Source: Candidatus Latescibacterota bacterium (lineage in GTDB: Bacteria; Latescibacterota; UBA2968; GCA-2709665). From it: DNA of 64,000 bases. Under the pieces are notes generated by a model that did no database searches, had not been told where the DNA came from, and was given only the letters and a program-made list of their open reading frames with translations. A program made the position numbers and the translations under genes. Positions 39,039 to 48,703 of the stretch are shown in pieces. Positions within the stretch are counted from its first letter, which is position 1. The number at the start of each line of letters is the position of its first letter. The stretch is from assembly GCA_965203805.1 (NCBI GenBank), contig OZ241917.1, positions 4,064,001 to 4,128,000 on the forward strand, given 5' to 3'.

Positions 39039-42000
39039 ATGAACACAATCGGTCAAAACGAATTTCGCACACAGCGACGGGTGATTTCTTTCTTGCGGGA
39101 TTCGCTAGGGTACTCCTATCTCGGCAACTGGCAGGACCGCGTCGATAACAGTAATGTTGAGGAAGGGCTGCTCACCGATTGGCTGAAGCGAAATGGTCAC
39201 GGCGACAGTGTTATCAACAAAGTTCTGCGTGAACTGGACAACGCATCAGCACTCGGCGGCAGCAAGACTCTCTACGAAGCAAACCGTGAGGTTTATAGAC
39301 TGCTCCGTTACGGAGTGAAGGTCCGACCGGACGTCGGCGAACCGAACGTCACCGTCTGGCTGATGGACTGGGAGAATCCCGGTAAAAACGACTTTGCAAT
39401 CGCCGAGGAGGTTACAGTCTCAGCGACGAACAGCAAACGACCGGACATTGTGCTATACGTCAATGGGATCGCTCTCGGGATCCTGGAACTGAAGCGCTCG
39501 ACGGTTTCTGTGACCGAGGGCATTCGTCAAAACCTTGACAACCAGAAAAAGGAGTTCATCCGCCCCTTTTTCACCACCGTGCAACTCGTGATGGCGGGCA
39601 ATGATACCGAGGGGTTGCGTTACGGCGTAATCGAGACACCTGAGAAATACTGGCTGCACTGGATGGAAGCGAACGCCAACCCGGCTGCCGGCGATAATCC
39701 ATTACTGCGCGAGCTGAGTCAACTCTGCAGTAAAGAGCGATTACTTGAGATTATACATGATTTCGTCGTCTTTGACGCTGGGGTAAAGAAGATTTGCCGC
39801 CACAACCAGTACTTCGGGGTTCGTGCCGCACAAAAACGCGTAAAGATCCGAGAAGGCGGTATCATCTGGCACACGCAGGGGAGTGGAAAGAGCCTGACGA
39901 TGGTCTGGCTTGCGAAATGGATTCGCGAGAACGTCACCGACGCAAGGGTCCTTCTCATAACGGATCGCACGGAATTGGACGAGCAAATTGAGACTGTTTT
40001 CAAGGGTGTCAGCGAGGACATCTACCGGACGAAAAGTGGAGCTGATCTCGTGCAGGTGCTTAACAGACCCGACGAATGGCTGATCGGCTCCCTTATCCAC
40101 AAGTTCGGTACAACCGACGATATCAGCGAAAGAGAAATCGAGGCCTACGTCGACGAGATCAAGAAGAATCTACCCGGTGATTTCCGTCCCAAGGGCGAAA
40201 TTTTCGTTTTCGTGGACGAATGTCACCGCACCCAGTCCGGAAAACTCCACGAGGCAATGAGGGCAATTTTACCAGGCGCTTCGCACATTGGCTTTACTGG
40301 AACCCCTTTGCTCAAGGCAGACAAGCGCCGCAGCATCGAGACTTTCGGAACCTACATCCACACCTATAAGTACGACGAAGCGGTGCGCGATGGCGTGGTG
40401 CTGGACTTGCGTTACGAAGCACGTGACATCGATCAGATTATAACTTCGCAGGAGAAAATAGATCAGTGGTTCGAAATCAAGACTCGCGAGTTGACCGACG
40501 TCGCTAAAGCCGAACTAAAGCAGCGATGGGGGACGATGCGAAATGTCCTTAGTTCCGAGGATCGGTTGAGAAAAATCGTTGGCGACATAATGTTCGACAT
40601 GCAGACGCGTGACCGGTTGAAAAGTGGTCGCGGAAATGCATTGCTTGTTTCCGGAAGCATCCACTCTGCCTGCCGCCTCTTTGATATGTTTCAGCAGACC
40701 GATTTGGCGGATAGGTGCGCCATTGTCACGTCTTACAAACCGGCCCCGGGGGACATCAAGGGAGAGGAAACGGGCGAGGGGCTTACCGAGAGACTTCGCC
40801 GTTACGGAATCTACCGAAGGATGCTTTCGGCTCACTTCAACGAGCCTGAAGACAAGGCGATGGGCAAGGTCGCCACGTTTGAGACGGAGGTAAAGAAACG
40901 GTTTATCGAGGAACCGGGACAGATGAAGCTGTTGATCGTCGTAGATAAACTGTTGACAGGTTTCGATGCACCATCGGCGACCTATCTTTACATTGACAAA
41001 CACATGCAGGACCACGGGCTCTTCCAGGCGATCTGCCGGGTAAACCGCCTCGACGGTGAGGACAAAGAATATGGATACATCGTCGACTACAAGGACCTGT
41101 TCCGTTCGTTGGAGCAGTCGATTCAGGATTACACCGGAGGTGCCTTCGGCGGGTACGACCGCACCGATGTGCAGGGGTTGCTGACAGACAGGCTCGCGAA
41201 GGGGCGGGAACGACTCGAGGAGACACGTGAGGCTATCAGGGCTTTGTGTGAGCCCGTCGCCCCGCCCCGCAACCGGTCGGCCTATCTACGTTTCTTCTGT
41301 GGGACAGATAGTGGAAACGGGGGCTGGCTTAATGCGGACAATGAGGCAAGGCGAGTTACGCTTTACAAGCGGGCTGCTGCGTTTTTGAGGGCTTACGCCA
41401 ACCTGGCCAATGAGATGCCCGACGCCGGTTACAGTGAAGCCGAGGCGCAAGAGATAAAAGCAGAAGTAGCCCACTACGAAAATGTCCGCAAGATAGTCAA
41501 GCTCGCGAGCAGCGACTACGTTGACCTGAAGATGTTTGAGCCTGCCATGAGGCACCTCCTCGACACCTACATCCGCGCCGAGGAGAGCGAAAAGCTCTCG
41601 GCGTTTGACGATCTGACACTTGTACAGCTAATCGTCAAGAAAGGTGATAAGGCGTTAGATGCACTTCCAGACGGTATTCGCAGTGATCAGGAGGCGACGG
41701 CCGAGACGATAGAGAATAACGTCCGCCGTCTCATCATCGACGAGACCCCGGTCAACCCTAAATATTACGGCAAGATGTCTGAGTTGTTGGACGCCCTGAT
41801 CCTTCAGCGTAAGCAGGAAAGCCTCGACTACAAGGTGTACCTTGCGAGAATTATTGACTTGGCCAAAAAAGTCAGCAGTCCTGAATCCGAAACGTCCTAT
41901 CCGTCGGAAATCGACACCAACACGCTCAGGTCTCTATTCGATAACTTACAGGGTGCCGCACTTGGACAAGACAAGGCCTATGCCGACACTGGGATGGAGC

Positions 42001-42191
42001 TTTCCGCGGATGAACTTTCCGCAAAGGCGGTCGCTGTGGATAACGCCATCCGTTGCGTCAAGAAAGCGGACTGGCGTGGAAACAAATTTAAGGAACGGGA
42101 GGTCCGCAACGCTATAAGGTCGCAACTCGGCGACAACGAGGGCCTCGTGTACCACATATTCGAGATTGTAAAGGCGCAGAGTGAATACTGA
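39039..42191 (+). CDS. hsdR: Type I restriction endonuclease subunit R
   Basis: RPDIVLYVNG...ELK nuclease, HTQGSGKS, DECHR, FTGTP, LLTGFDAP, QAICRVNR. Confidence 0.96.
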   Translation: MNTIGQNEFRTQRRVISFLRDSLGYSYLGNWQDRVDNSNVEEGLLTDWLKRNGHGDSVINKVLRELDNASALGGSKTLYEANREVYRLLRYGVKVRPDVGEPNVTVWLMDWENPGKNDFAIAEEVTVSATNSKRPDIVLYVNGIALGILELKRSTVSVTEGIRQNLDNQKKEFIRPFFTTVQLVMAGNDTEGLRYGVIETPEKYWLHWMEANANPAAGDNPLLRELSQLCSKERLLEIIHDFVVFDAGVKKICRHNQYFGVRAAQKRVKIREGGIIWHTQGSGKSLTMVWLAKWIRENVTDARVLLITDRTELDEQIETVFKGVSEDIYRTKSGADLVQVLNRPDEWLIGSLIHKFGTTDDISEREIEAYVDEIKKNLPGDFRPKGEIFVFVDECHRTQSGKLHEAMRAILPGASHIGFTGTPLLKADKRRSIETFGTYIHTYKYDEAVRDGVVLDLRYEARDIDQIITSQEKIDQWFEIKTRELTDVAKAELKQRWGTMRNVLSSEDRLRKIVGDIMFDMQTRDRLKSGRGNALLVSGSIHSACRLFDMFQQTDLADRCAIVTSYKPAPGDIKGEETGEGLTERLRRYGIYRRMLSAHFNEPEDKAMGKVATFETEVKKRFIEEPGQMKLLIVVDKLLTGFDAPSATYLYIDKHMQDHGLFQAICRVNRLDGEDKEYGYIVDYKDLFRSLEQSIQDYTGGAFGGYDRTDVQGLLTDRLAKGRERLEETREAIRALCEPVAPPRNRSAYLRFFCGTDSGNGGWLNADNEARRVTLYKRAAAFLRAYANLANEMPDAGYSEAEAQEIKAEVAHYENVRKIVKLASSDYVDLKMFEPAMRHLLDTYIRAEESEKLSAFDDLTLVQLIVKKGDKALDALPDGIRSDQEATAETIENNVRRLIIDETPVNPKYYGKMSELLDALILQRKQESLDYKVYLARIIDLAKKVSSPESETSYPSEIDTNTLRSLFDNLQGAALGQDKAYADTGMELSADELSAKAVAVDNAIRCVKKADWRGNKFKEREVRNAIRSQLGDNEGLVYHIFEIVKAQSEY

Positions 42192-42915
42192 GTGGAAAAC
42201 TTACAGCATTGAGGTACGAGGGACTGCGGTCGACGTGGTCCACAAGGACATCAAAAACCTCCATATTGGGGTTTACCCGCCGAACGGCAGGGTGAGAGTG
42301 GCCGCTCCGCTCAGTCTTGATGATGACGCGGTGCGGATGGCTGTTGGGTCTCGGCTGGGATGGATTCGTCGCCATCAGTCGAAATTCGAGAAACAGAGTC
42401 GGCAGTCCCAGCGGGAATTCGTTACAGGAGAAAGCCATTATTTCGAGGGGAGGCGCTACCGACTCGATGTAACGGAACAGGACGGTCGACCTTCGGTCTG
42501 TCTCCTCAATAACACTACTATGGGTATGTGCGTTCGCCCCGGCGCCGACCGGAATACCAGAGAGTCCGTGCTGGATCGATGGTACCGCCAGCATCTCCGT
42601 GATCGTCTACCGGGCCTCATCGCGAAGTGGGAACCTGAATTGGGTGTGGAAGTCAATGAAGCTCGTATCAGGAAGATGAAGACTCGTTGGGGTACCTGCA
42701 ACCCGAATGCCTGTCGAATCTGGCTGAATCTCGAGCTGGCAAAGAAACCGGCATCCTGCCTAGACTTCGTCGTTCTCCATGAAATGGTTCACTTGATCGA
42801 GCGTCGTCACAACGATCGTTTTCGGTCGCTGATGGACAGGTTCATGCCAACTTGGCGCTATCACCGGGACGAACTCAATCGATCGCCACTGGCGCATGCG
42901 GACTGGCAGTATTGA
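42181..42915 (+). CDS. M48/YgjP-like (DUF45) metal-dependent hydrolase, copy 1
   Basis: MKTRWGTCN, VVLHEMVHL (HExxH), HNDRF. Confidence 0.9.
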   Translation: MNTEWKTYSIEVRGTAVDVVHKDIKNLHIGVYPPNGRVRVAAPLSLDDDAVRMAVGSRLGWIRRHQSKFEKQSRQSQREFVTGESHYFEGRRYRLDVTEQDGRPSVCLLNNTTMGMCVRPGADRNTRESVLDRWYRQHLRDRLPGLIAKWEPELGVEVNEARIRKMKTRWGTCNPNACRIWLNLELAKKPASCLDFVVLHEMVHLIERRHNDRFRSLMDRFMPTWRYHRDELNRSPLAHADWQY

Positions 42916-42963
42916 ATGAGATCAAGGCTTAGGGCCCCCGGGCACCGCCAGCTCTAGAATTCA

Positions 42964-43097
42964 GATTCGCGAAGAATTCGCCTTTACCTTGAGCAATATC
43001 AAACCCATCGATACTCTTCTGGTGGGGATGTACCAGAAATTCGGCGATCAGCTTGGCGAGAATGCGGCGATGGTCGCCGAGCTGTGTCAGGGATAGT
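42964..43097 (+). repeat. 134-bp direct repeat copy 2 (non-coding gene fragment)
   Basis: Homologous to 31408-31541. Confidence 0.88.
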
Positions 43098-43203
43098 TCG
43101 TCCGGTGGCGGCGGGGACTAAAAGTCCGCAATGCTATCAAGTCCCAATCTGGTAACAATGAGAACCTCGTGCGCCGATTCAGTCGAGATTGCGACGGTGG
43201 AAA

Positions 43204-43938
43204 GTGAAGAATAGGCTGAAAAATTACACCATTGAGGTACGAGGAGCCGCAGTGGACGTCGTGCACAAGGACGTCAAGAACCTGTACATAAGGGTCTACC
43301 CACCGAACGGTCGTGTAAGGGTGTCCGCGCCGCGTCGTTTCGATAAAGACGACGTGCGAGTGGCCGTCACTTCCCGTCTTGAATGGATTCGTCTGCAGGA
43401 GGCGAGATTTCAGCGGAAATACCACCAGTCCGAGCGGGAATTCATAACGGGCGAGAGACATTTTTTCGAGGGCCGACGCTACCGGCTCGAGGTGACGGAA
43501 CGGGACACCCCGCCTGAGGTCCGCCTCCTTGACAATACGACCATAGCGATGCGCGTTCGGCCGGGCGCAGACAGGGTTAATAGGGAGGCCGTACTGGATC
43601 GATGGTACCGACGCCATCTCCGTGATTTTCTTCCGGGGATCATTGCAAAATGGGAGCCCGAAATGGGGGTGCGGGTCAACGAAGCGCGGATCAGAAAGAT
43701 GAAGACCCGTTGGGGGACTTGCAATCCCCAGGCCCGCCGAATCTGGCTGAGTCTCGAGCTGGCAAAGAAACCGGCATCCTGCCTTGAGTACGTCGTTGTG
43801 CATGAGATGGTCCACCTGATCGAGCGCCGTCACAACGATCGTTTTTGGAAACTGATGGACAGGTTCATGCCAACCTGGCGATATCATCGCGATGAACTCA
43901 ACCGCTCGCTATCGGGAAATGAGCACGGGCGATATTGA
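43204..43938 (+). CDS. M48/YgjP-like (DUF45) metal-dependent hydrolase, copy 2
   Basis: Same length as copy 1 from GTG 43204; VVVHEMVHL intact. Confidence 0.88.
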   Translation: MKNRLKNYTIEVRGAAVDVVHKDVKNLYIRVYPPNGRVRVSAPRRFDKDDVRVAVTSRLEWIRLQEARFQRKYHQSEREFITGERHFFEGRRYRLEVTERDTPPEVRLLDNTTIAMRVRPGADRVNREAVLDRWYRRHLRDFLPGIIAKWEPEMGVRVNEARIRKMKTRWGTCNPQARRIWLSLELAKKPASCLEYVVVHEMVHLIERRHNDRFWKLMDRFMPTWRYHRDELNRSLSGNEHGRY

Positions 43939-43986
43939 ATGAGATCAAGGCTTAGGGCCCTCGGGCACCGCCAACTCTAGAAATCA

Positions 43987-44120
43987 GATTCGCGCAGTAT
44001 TCGCTTATACGCTCGATAATATCAAGTCAATCGACATTCTTCTGGTGGGGATGTATCAGAGATTCAACGATCAGCTTGGCGAAAATGCGGCGATGGTAGC
44101 AGAATTGTGCAGGTGAGAGT
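43987..44120 (+). repeat. 134-bp direct repeat copy 3 (non-coding gene fragment)
   Basis: Homologous to 31408-31541 and 42964-43097. Confidence 0.88.
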
Positions 44121-44212
44121 TCGACCTGTGGCGGCGCGGCAGTATCGGGCGTTGCCAAGCGAAAAGCATAGCGCGGAATGTCGAACCGAACCGCGAATCG
44201 GAGATAGAGAAG

Positions 44213-44479
44213 ATGGGCAGTATTAGGATACGAGACATCAGCGATGATTTAGAGCAGCGTCTCCGCATGCGGGCGGCCGAGCATGGCCATTCTATTGAGG
44301 ACGAAGCACGGGCGATTCTGCGTGAAGCGCTTACCGAATGCCCGCCACCTACCAATCTCGCAAGCGCGATACATGATCGATTCGCGCCAATGGGTGGCGT
44401 GGAACTGAACATACCTTCGCGCCAGCCAATGCGGGATCCAATCCCAATCGGTTGGTTTGACGGTGAGGGTCCTGATTAA
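44213..44479 (+). CDS. FitA/StbC-like ribbon-helix-helix antitoxin
   Basis: SIRIRDISDDLEQRLRMRAAEHGHSIEDEARAIL. Confidence 0.85.
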   Translation: MGSIRIRDISDDLEQRLRMRAAEHGHSIEDEARAILREALTECPPPTNLASAIHDRFAPMGGVELNIPSRQPMRDPIPIGWFDGEGPD

Positions 44480-44579
44480 TCGCGCCCGGAAATGGCGTCT
44501 GACGTCATTCTTTACCGCATTTCAGTCAGCGGCGTAATGTCCCGAATATGACGTGAAAACACGATAATCGCAGATTTTG

Positions 44580-44608
44580 TTGAACGCCAAGCCCATTGTG
44601 ACTATAAT
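44580..44608 (+). promoter_or_regulatory. Sigma70 promoter of the second methylase operon
   Basis: TTGAAC, 17 nt, TATAAT; GAGGA RBS before ATG 44658. Confidence 0.7.
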
Positions 44609-44657
44609 ATGGAAAACACCGTCTCAATGGGATTTTTGTTTCTGCGAGGAAACGTAG

Positions 44658-47603
44658 ATGATCGCCCAGTCCTTAAGGCAGGTGCTTGAAGCCACTGGCT
44701 ATCTGGAAAATGGTGAACCGGCACATGGCGTTTACCTGGAGGACGACGCCCGTACCAGGTGCCAGGCCCGGGAGTTTGAACCCGACGCGCTGTGGCGCAG
44801 CGACTCAGCGCTCACTGTCTACTTCAAGCTTGAACAGGAAGACCCGTCTACTAAGCAGGTGGAACGGTGGCGTAAGGAGATCTGGAACCAGGGTTTCGCC
44901 CCGTTGTTATGGGTGGTTTCACCGCATAGAATAGATCTATACAACGGGTTCGGTCGTCCCCGAGAGACAGAGGATGCTGCGGCGTACCTGTTGGATACAT
45001 TCAAACTGATCGCTAGTGAGTTGGCCAAACTCGACAGCTTTGCCGGCCGCCTGGCGATGGAAACGGGACAATTCTGGCAACAAGCGCCCACCGTTGACCG
45101 AAAGACCAGCGTGGACCGGCAGCTTCTCAACGACCTTGCAGCACTTGAGCAAGACCTTGTTGGAGAAAGACTTGGCCGCCCGGACGCCCAAGGGTTGATA
45201 GGCCGGGCGATATTCACCCAATATCTGATTGATCGCAAAATCATTACGAAATCATTCTTGGCGTGCGAGTACGGTCGCCGCACCTTTCCATCCATATTGC
45301 GAGATCCGCAATCTACAGAGCAATTGTTCGATTGGCTTCGAGATAGTTTCAATGGGGACATGTTTCCGCCGCAGGGATCAACTGCGCCAAGACCGGAGCA
45401 TCTGTGTAGGGTTGCAGACTTCCTCGACGGTGTGCATCCCCAGTCGCGACAGACGACGCTTTTTCCGTATCAATTCGATGTAATTCCAGTCGAACTGATT
45501 AGCTCAATCTACGAACAGTTCGCCCACTCCACCCCGGCGACTCTCAACACTGATCTCCGAAGAGATGTGTTCTATACCCGGCTATCACTCGTTTCTCTGG
45601 TACTGGATGAAACCATGGAAGGACTCTCTGGCGAGGAATCCGTGGTTGATCTGACGTGTGGGTCAGGTGTTTTCCTTGTTGAAGCCTTGCGAAGGCTGGT
45701 CAATCTTCGGTCGCACGGCTGCAAACCGAATCGCGAAGTTATCCGTTCCACGCTGCACCAACAGATCTACGGTATGGATATAAGTGATGCTGCAGTGCGT
45801 GTCGCTGCGTTCAGTCTATACTTGGCGGCATTGGAACTTGACCCAGACCCGCATTCCCCTGAGTCATTGAAGTTCAAGCCGCTAATTGGAAAGACGCTTA
45901 TCGTCGGTGACGTTTGGGATATCGAAAGAATGACTAACGGAGAGGTTTTTCAGCCAGGATGGAATGCCCGGAGAACATTCGATATCATTGTTGGCAATCC
46001 ACCATGGAGCTATCGAGGTCGCACGTCGACCGCCGCGCGACAGCGCCGGGGCGGAACGACTCACGTGCTTCCACCACGAGGCGAAAGCTTAGATTTCGTG
46101 TTTCGAGCAATGGGATTTGCCTCGGAGGATACCCGATTCGGTCTAGTTCTGAGCGCTGTTCAATTTTTCGGTCGAAGCAAAAAGGGTGCTGCCGCATCGC
46201 GACGAATCATTGAGAAGCTCTCCCCGGTGACTCTGGTTAATCTGGCGAATCACACTAATTGGCTGTTTCCAAAAAGTAATATGCCCGCAGTTGTACTCTT
46301 CGCGAGGCACCGCGTCTCTCGATCGGACACGATCACCGCTGTTCAAGTGCCTTGGTCGTCCGCGGGAGCAAAGAGCCACACATTCCAAATCGCACGTAGC
46401 GATATCATTACGCTGCCGTTGGGTGACTGGAAGCGAAAGCCGGAATTCTTGAAAGCCGCGTTTGTTGGATGTCGGCGGGATCTATCGTTATTAGACAGGT
46501 TGACGTCCCGACATCTGACACTGGGCGAATGCCTTGGGGGGCTAGGCGCAAGACTAAATGCCGGGCTGAAGCTCGGCAATCGAAGTAAGGATTCGAGCTT
46601 TCTTAAGGGTCTTCCGCTAGTTGCGAATGGAGACCTTGGACCGTTCTCCGCAAGAGCGGACTTGGGGAAGTTTGACGAAGAGAGGGCCGAACGACCGCGG
46701 AAGCGCGAGACCTATCGTGCGCCATTGTTGATCCTTAAGGAGTTCATGATTCGCAATCCGCGCCCCGTAGTAGCCGTTGTGGATCGAGATTCCGTTTACG
46801 CGGACGCCTACTTCGGCGCGTCTCTTGGTTCGGCGCCAGAGGGGGCCGCCCACTTGCTCTCGGCTATCCTCAGTTCGTCGCTTGCTTCCTGGTTCTTCCT
46901 AATGTCCTCATCCACATTCGGATTGTGGATGCAAAGGCTCCTGCGTCGAGACGTCGAACGCTTTCCTGTACCCAATCTGGAAGAAACTCTTAGCTCCGAC
47001 GCGGGCCGATGCGTCGTAGAGCACGCTTTAGAGTTTCAGCGAGATTTACCGAGTGCTTCTGATTGGAGAGCTCTCGACGAAGCTGTCTTCGACCTGTATG
47101 ACCTGGACAAATCTGATCGCATTGTCGCGCGTGACGGTCTGTTCCGCGCCAGTTGGCAATGGCAGGCTGGCAGGAATGCTTCCGTGAAAGCCGCCGAAGT
47201 TCGCGACGTTTCTATCTACGCACGTACGTTTCAAACAGCGGTGGAGGCCTGGCTTTCAGCAGCGAATAAACGCTGTATGCGCGCGGAAGTCTTCGAACTT
47301 CCCGAACGTGCGCCACTTCGAGTCGTTCGCTTCATTCTTAATGAGCGCACCCGCATTACGAAGCCTTCTCGGTTGGAGGTTGTAACACCGGACGGAGACT
47401 TGAGGGATGTACTTAACAGGATCGGCGAACGCCTGGAGGTTCCGCTTGCAAACTCCCTGATTGGTCAACGCGAACTTCGGGTGCATGGCCACAACGAGGT
47501 TGTGATCATTAAGCCTGCCGCCCTTCGACACTGGATGGGCGTGTCGGCATTAGAAGACGCGGACTCGGTCATCGTCGAGAGCTTCTCGGGGACCGCCGAA
47601 TGA
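44658..47603 (+). CDS. Large N6-adenine DNA methyltransferase (type IIG/Eco57I-like architecture)
   Basis: IPVELISSIYEQF, FYTR, DLTCGSGVFL (motif I), VGNPPW (motif IV), C-terminal TRD-like region. Confidence 0.88.
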   Translation: MIAQSLRQVLEATGYLENGEPAHGVYLEDDARTRCQAREFEPDALWRSDSALTVYFKLEQEDPSTKQVERWRKEIWNQGFAPLLWVVSPHRIDLYNGFGRPRETEDAAAYLLDTFKLIASELAKLDSFAGRLAMETGQFWQQAPTVDRKTSVDRQLLNDLAALEQDLVGERLGRPDAQGLIGRAIFTQYLIDRKIITKSFLACEYGRRTFPSILRDPQSTEQLFDWLRDSFNGDMFPPQGSTAPRPEHLCRVADFLDGVHPQSRQTTLFPYQFDVIPVELISSIYEQFAHSTPATLNTDLRRDVFYTRLSLVSLVLDETMEGLSGEESVVDLTCGSGVFLVEALRRLVNLRSHGCKPNREVIRSTLHQQIYGMDISDAAVRVAAFSLYLAALELDPDPHSPESLKFKPLIGKTLIVGDVWDIERMTNGEVFQPGWNARRTFDIIVGNPPWSYRGRTSTAARQRRGGTTHVLPPRGESLDFVFRAMGFASEDTRFGLVLSAVQFFGRSKKGAAASRRIIEKLSPVTLVNLANHTNWLFPKSNMPAVVLFARHRVSRSDTITAVQVPWSSAGAKSHTFQIARSDIITLPLGDWKRKPEFLKAAFVGCRRDLSLLDRLTSRHLTLGECLGGLGARLNAGLKLGNRSKDSSFLKGLPLVANGDLGPFSARADLGKFDEERAERPRKRETYRAPLLILKEFMIRNPRPVVAVVDRDSVYADAYFGASLGSAPEGAAHLLSAILSSSLASWFFLMSSSTFGLWMQRLLRRDVERFPVPNLEETLSSDAGRCVVEHALEFQRDLPSASDWRALDEAVFDLYDLDKSDRIVARDGLFRASWQWQAGRNASVKAAEVRDVSIYARTFQTAVEAWLSAANKRCMRAEVFELPERAPLRVVRFILNERTRITKPSRLEVVTPDGDLRDVLNRIGERLEVPLANSLIGQRELRVHGHNEVVIIKPAALRHWMGVSALEDADSVIVESFSGTAE

Positions 47604-48265
47604 AGTTGCCTTTTCACGTTAGGGCAACCGCTGGCCGGCGATTTATTAATCTCGGTCCTGATATTGCGAGTGCGATCTTGCGAACGGTTGAGGTCGGCTG
47701 GAAGTTTGCATTAAGGTCATCGGACGTCAATGCAAAGACGGGAGAAGTAGGGATTACGGAACGGCTACGCGATGGAATGCGTTGTGCACTGGACTCTGGA
47801 ATTCTACCCTGGAAGACAATAGTAGTCCTCCCTGGAACCGAATCCCGCTCTCAACCAAATGTAGTCGTACCCGATGGCAGAACCGACATTCCCGTTTTTT
47901 GGATCGAAATATTCCTGCGATTCGGCGGACACGATCCACATGCGATCATCGAATGCAAACGCGTCGCCGGTAACAACGCTCACCTGTGCCGAGAATACGT
48001 CGTAGAAGGCATCGACCGCTTCCGATCCGGTAAGTATTCAGGTAATCACTCCACCGGGTTCATGGTTGGGTACTTGCTCGCTGGCAATGAGCAAATGGCT
48101 GCCACACGAATTAACCAAGTCTTGACAGGCAGATCACGCTGCAGGGAGAACTTGAAACCGTCAGATCTAGTCCACGAGCCGTGGGCGTGGGGAAGCTCCC
48201 ATCCGCGCGAGGAAGTTTCACCGATAGATTTACATCACGCATTTCTGGCGTTCGCGCAAGCGTGA
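47600..48265 (+). CDS. Putative PD-(D/E)xK nuclease-fold protein
   Basis: E...GRTDI...IIECKR pattern; ATGA overlap with the methylase. Confidence 0.6.
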   Translation: MKLPFHVRATAGRRFINLGPDIASAILRTVEVGWKFALRSSDVNAKTGEVGITERLRDGMRCALDSGILPWKTIVVLPGTESRSQPNVVVPDGRTDIPVFWIEIFLRFGGHDPHAIIECKRVAGNNAHLCREYVVEGIDRFRSGKYSGNHSTGFMVGYLLAGNEQMAATRINQVLTGRSRCRENLKPSDLVHEPWAWGSSHPREEVSPIDLHHAFLAFAQA

Positions 48266-48382
48266 TATATGCAAGTCTCAGGCTGGAAGCCAGGGCATTA
48301 ACAGGCCAGTTTATAGTTGACCAACAAGAGATCCGCACATCGTAGCGCATGAACGACATTTCTTGTCATGGGCCGCGCCAAT

Positions 48383-48571
48383 CTGGGAAATTGACAGGGG
48401 CGTGTTGACAATCGAAACGTTGGTAACGCAATGGTGGCCAAGTGGTTAAAACGTCAAGGTCACAACGAAATTGCCGTCATCAAGGCGTTGCGCCGACTGG
48501 AAAACACAGCGGCTCGCGAAGGTGGTAAGACGCTTTACGACGCCTATCGTAAGGTTTGCAACCTGTCCCGC
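48383..48571 (+). pseudogene. hsdR 5' remnant
   Basis: Translates LGN*QGRVDNRNV...WLKRQGH...KTLYDAYRKV, versus HsdR LGNWQDRVDNSNV...WLKRNGH...KTLYEANREV; TGG to TGA stop. Confidence 0.8.
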
Positions 48572-48703
48572 TGTTCGGAACAAGGTGCGCGACTCGGATG
48601 TCAAGTTCGAGTGTTTACACCAAACGCCATTTCGCGTAAAGCGTCAACTGCTTCCGTTCTATAAGACAATACAACGGCAAGTGGAATTTTGGCAGGTAAA
48701 GCA

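Larger units (their letters stand above)
42102..44140 (+). repeat. Diverged tandem duplication, period about 1023 bp
   Basis: Unit = hsdR 3' tail + M48 gene + 134-bp repeat; 42181/43204 and 42964/43987 are both offset by 1023. Confidence 0.9.

Noticed and set aside
31408-44120. CRISPR array or integron attC cassettes
   Set aside because: The repeats are 134 bp, coding-derived, non-palindromic and kilobases apart; no cas or integrase gene is present.
48431-48664. 77-aa ORF as a real gene
   Set aside because: It is the open part of the hsdR remnant.
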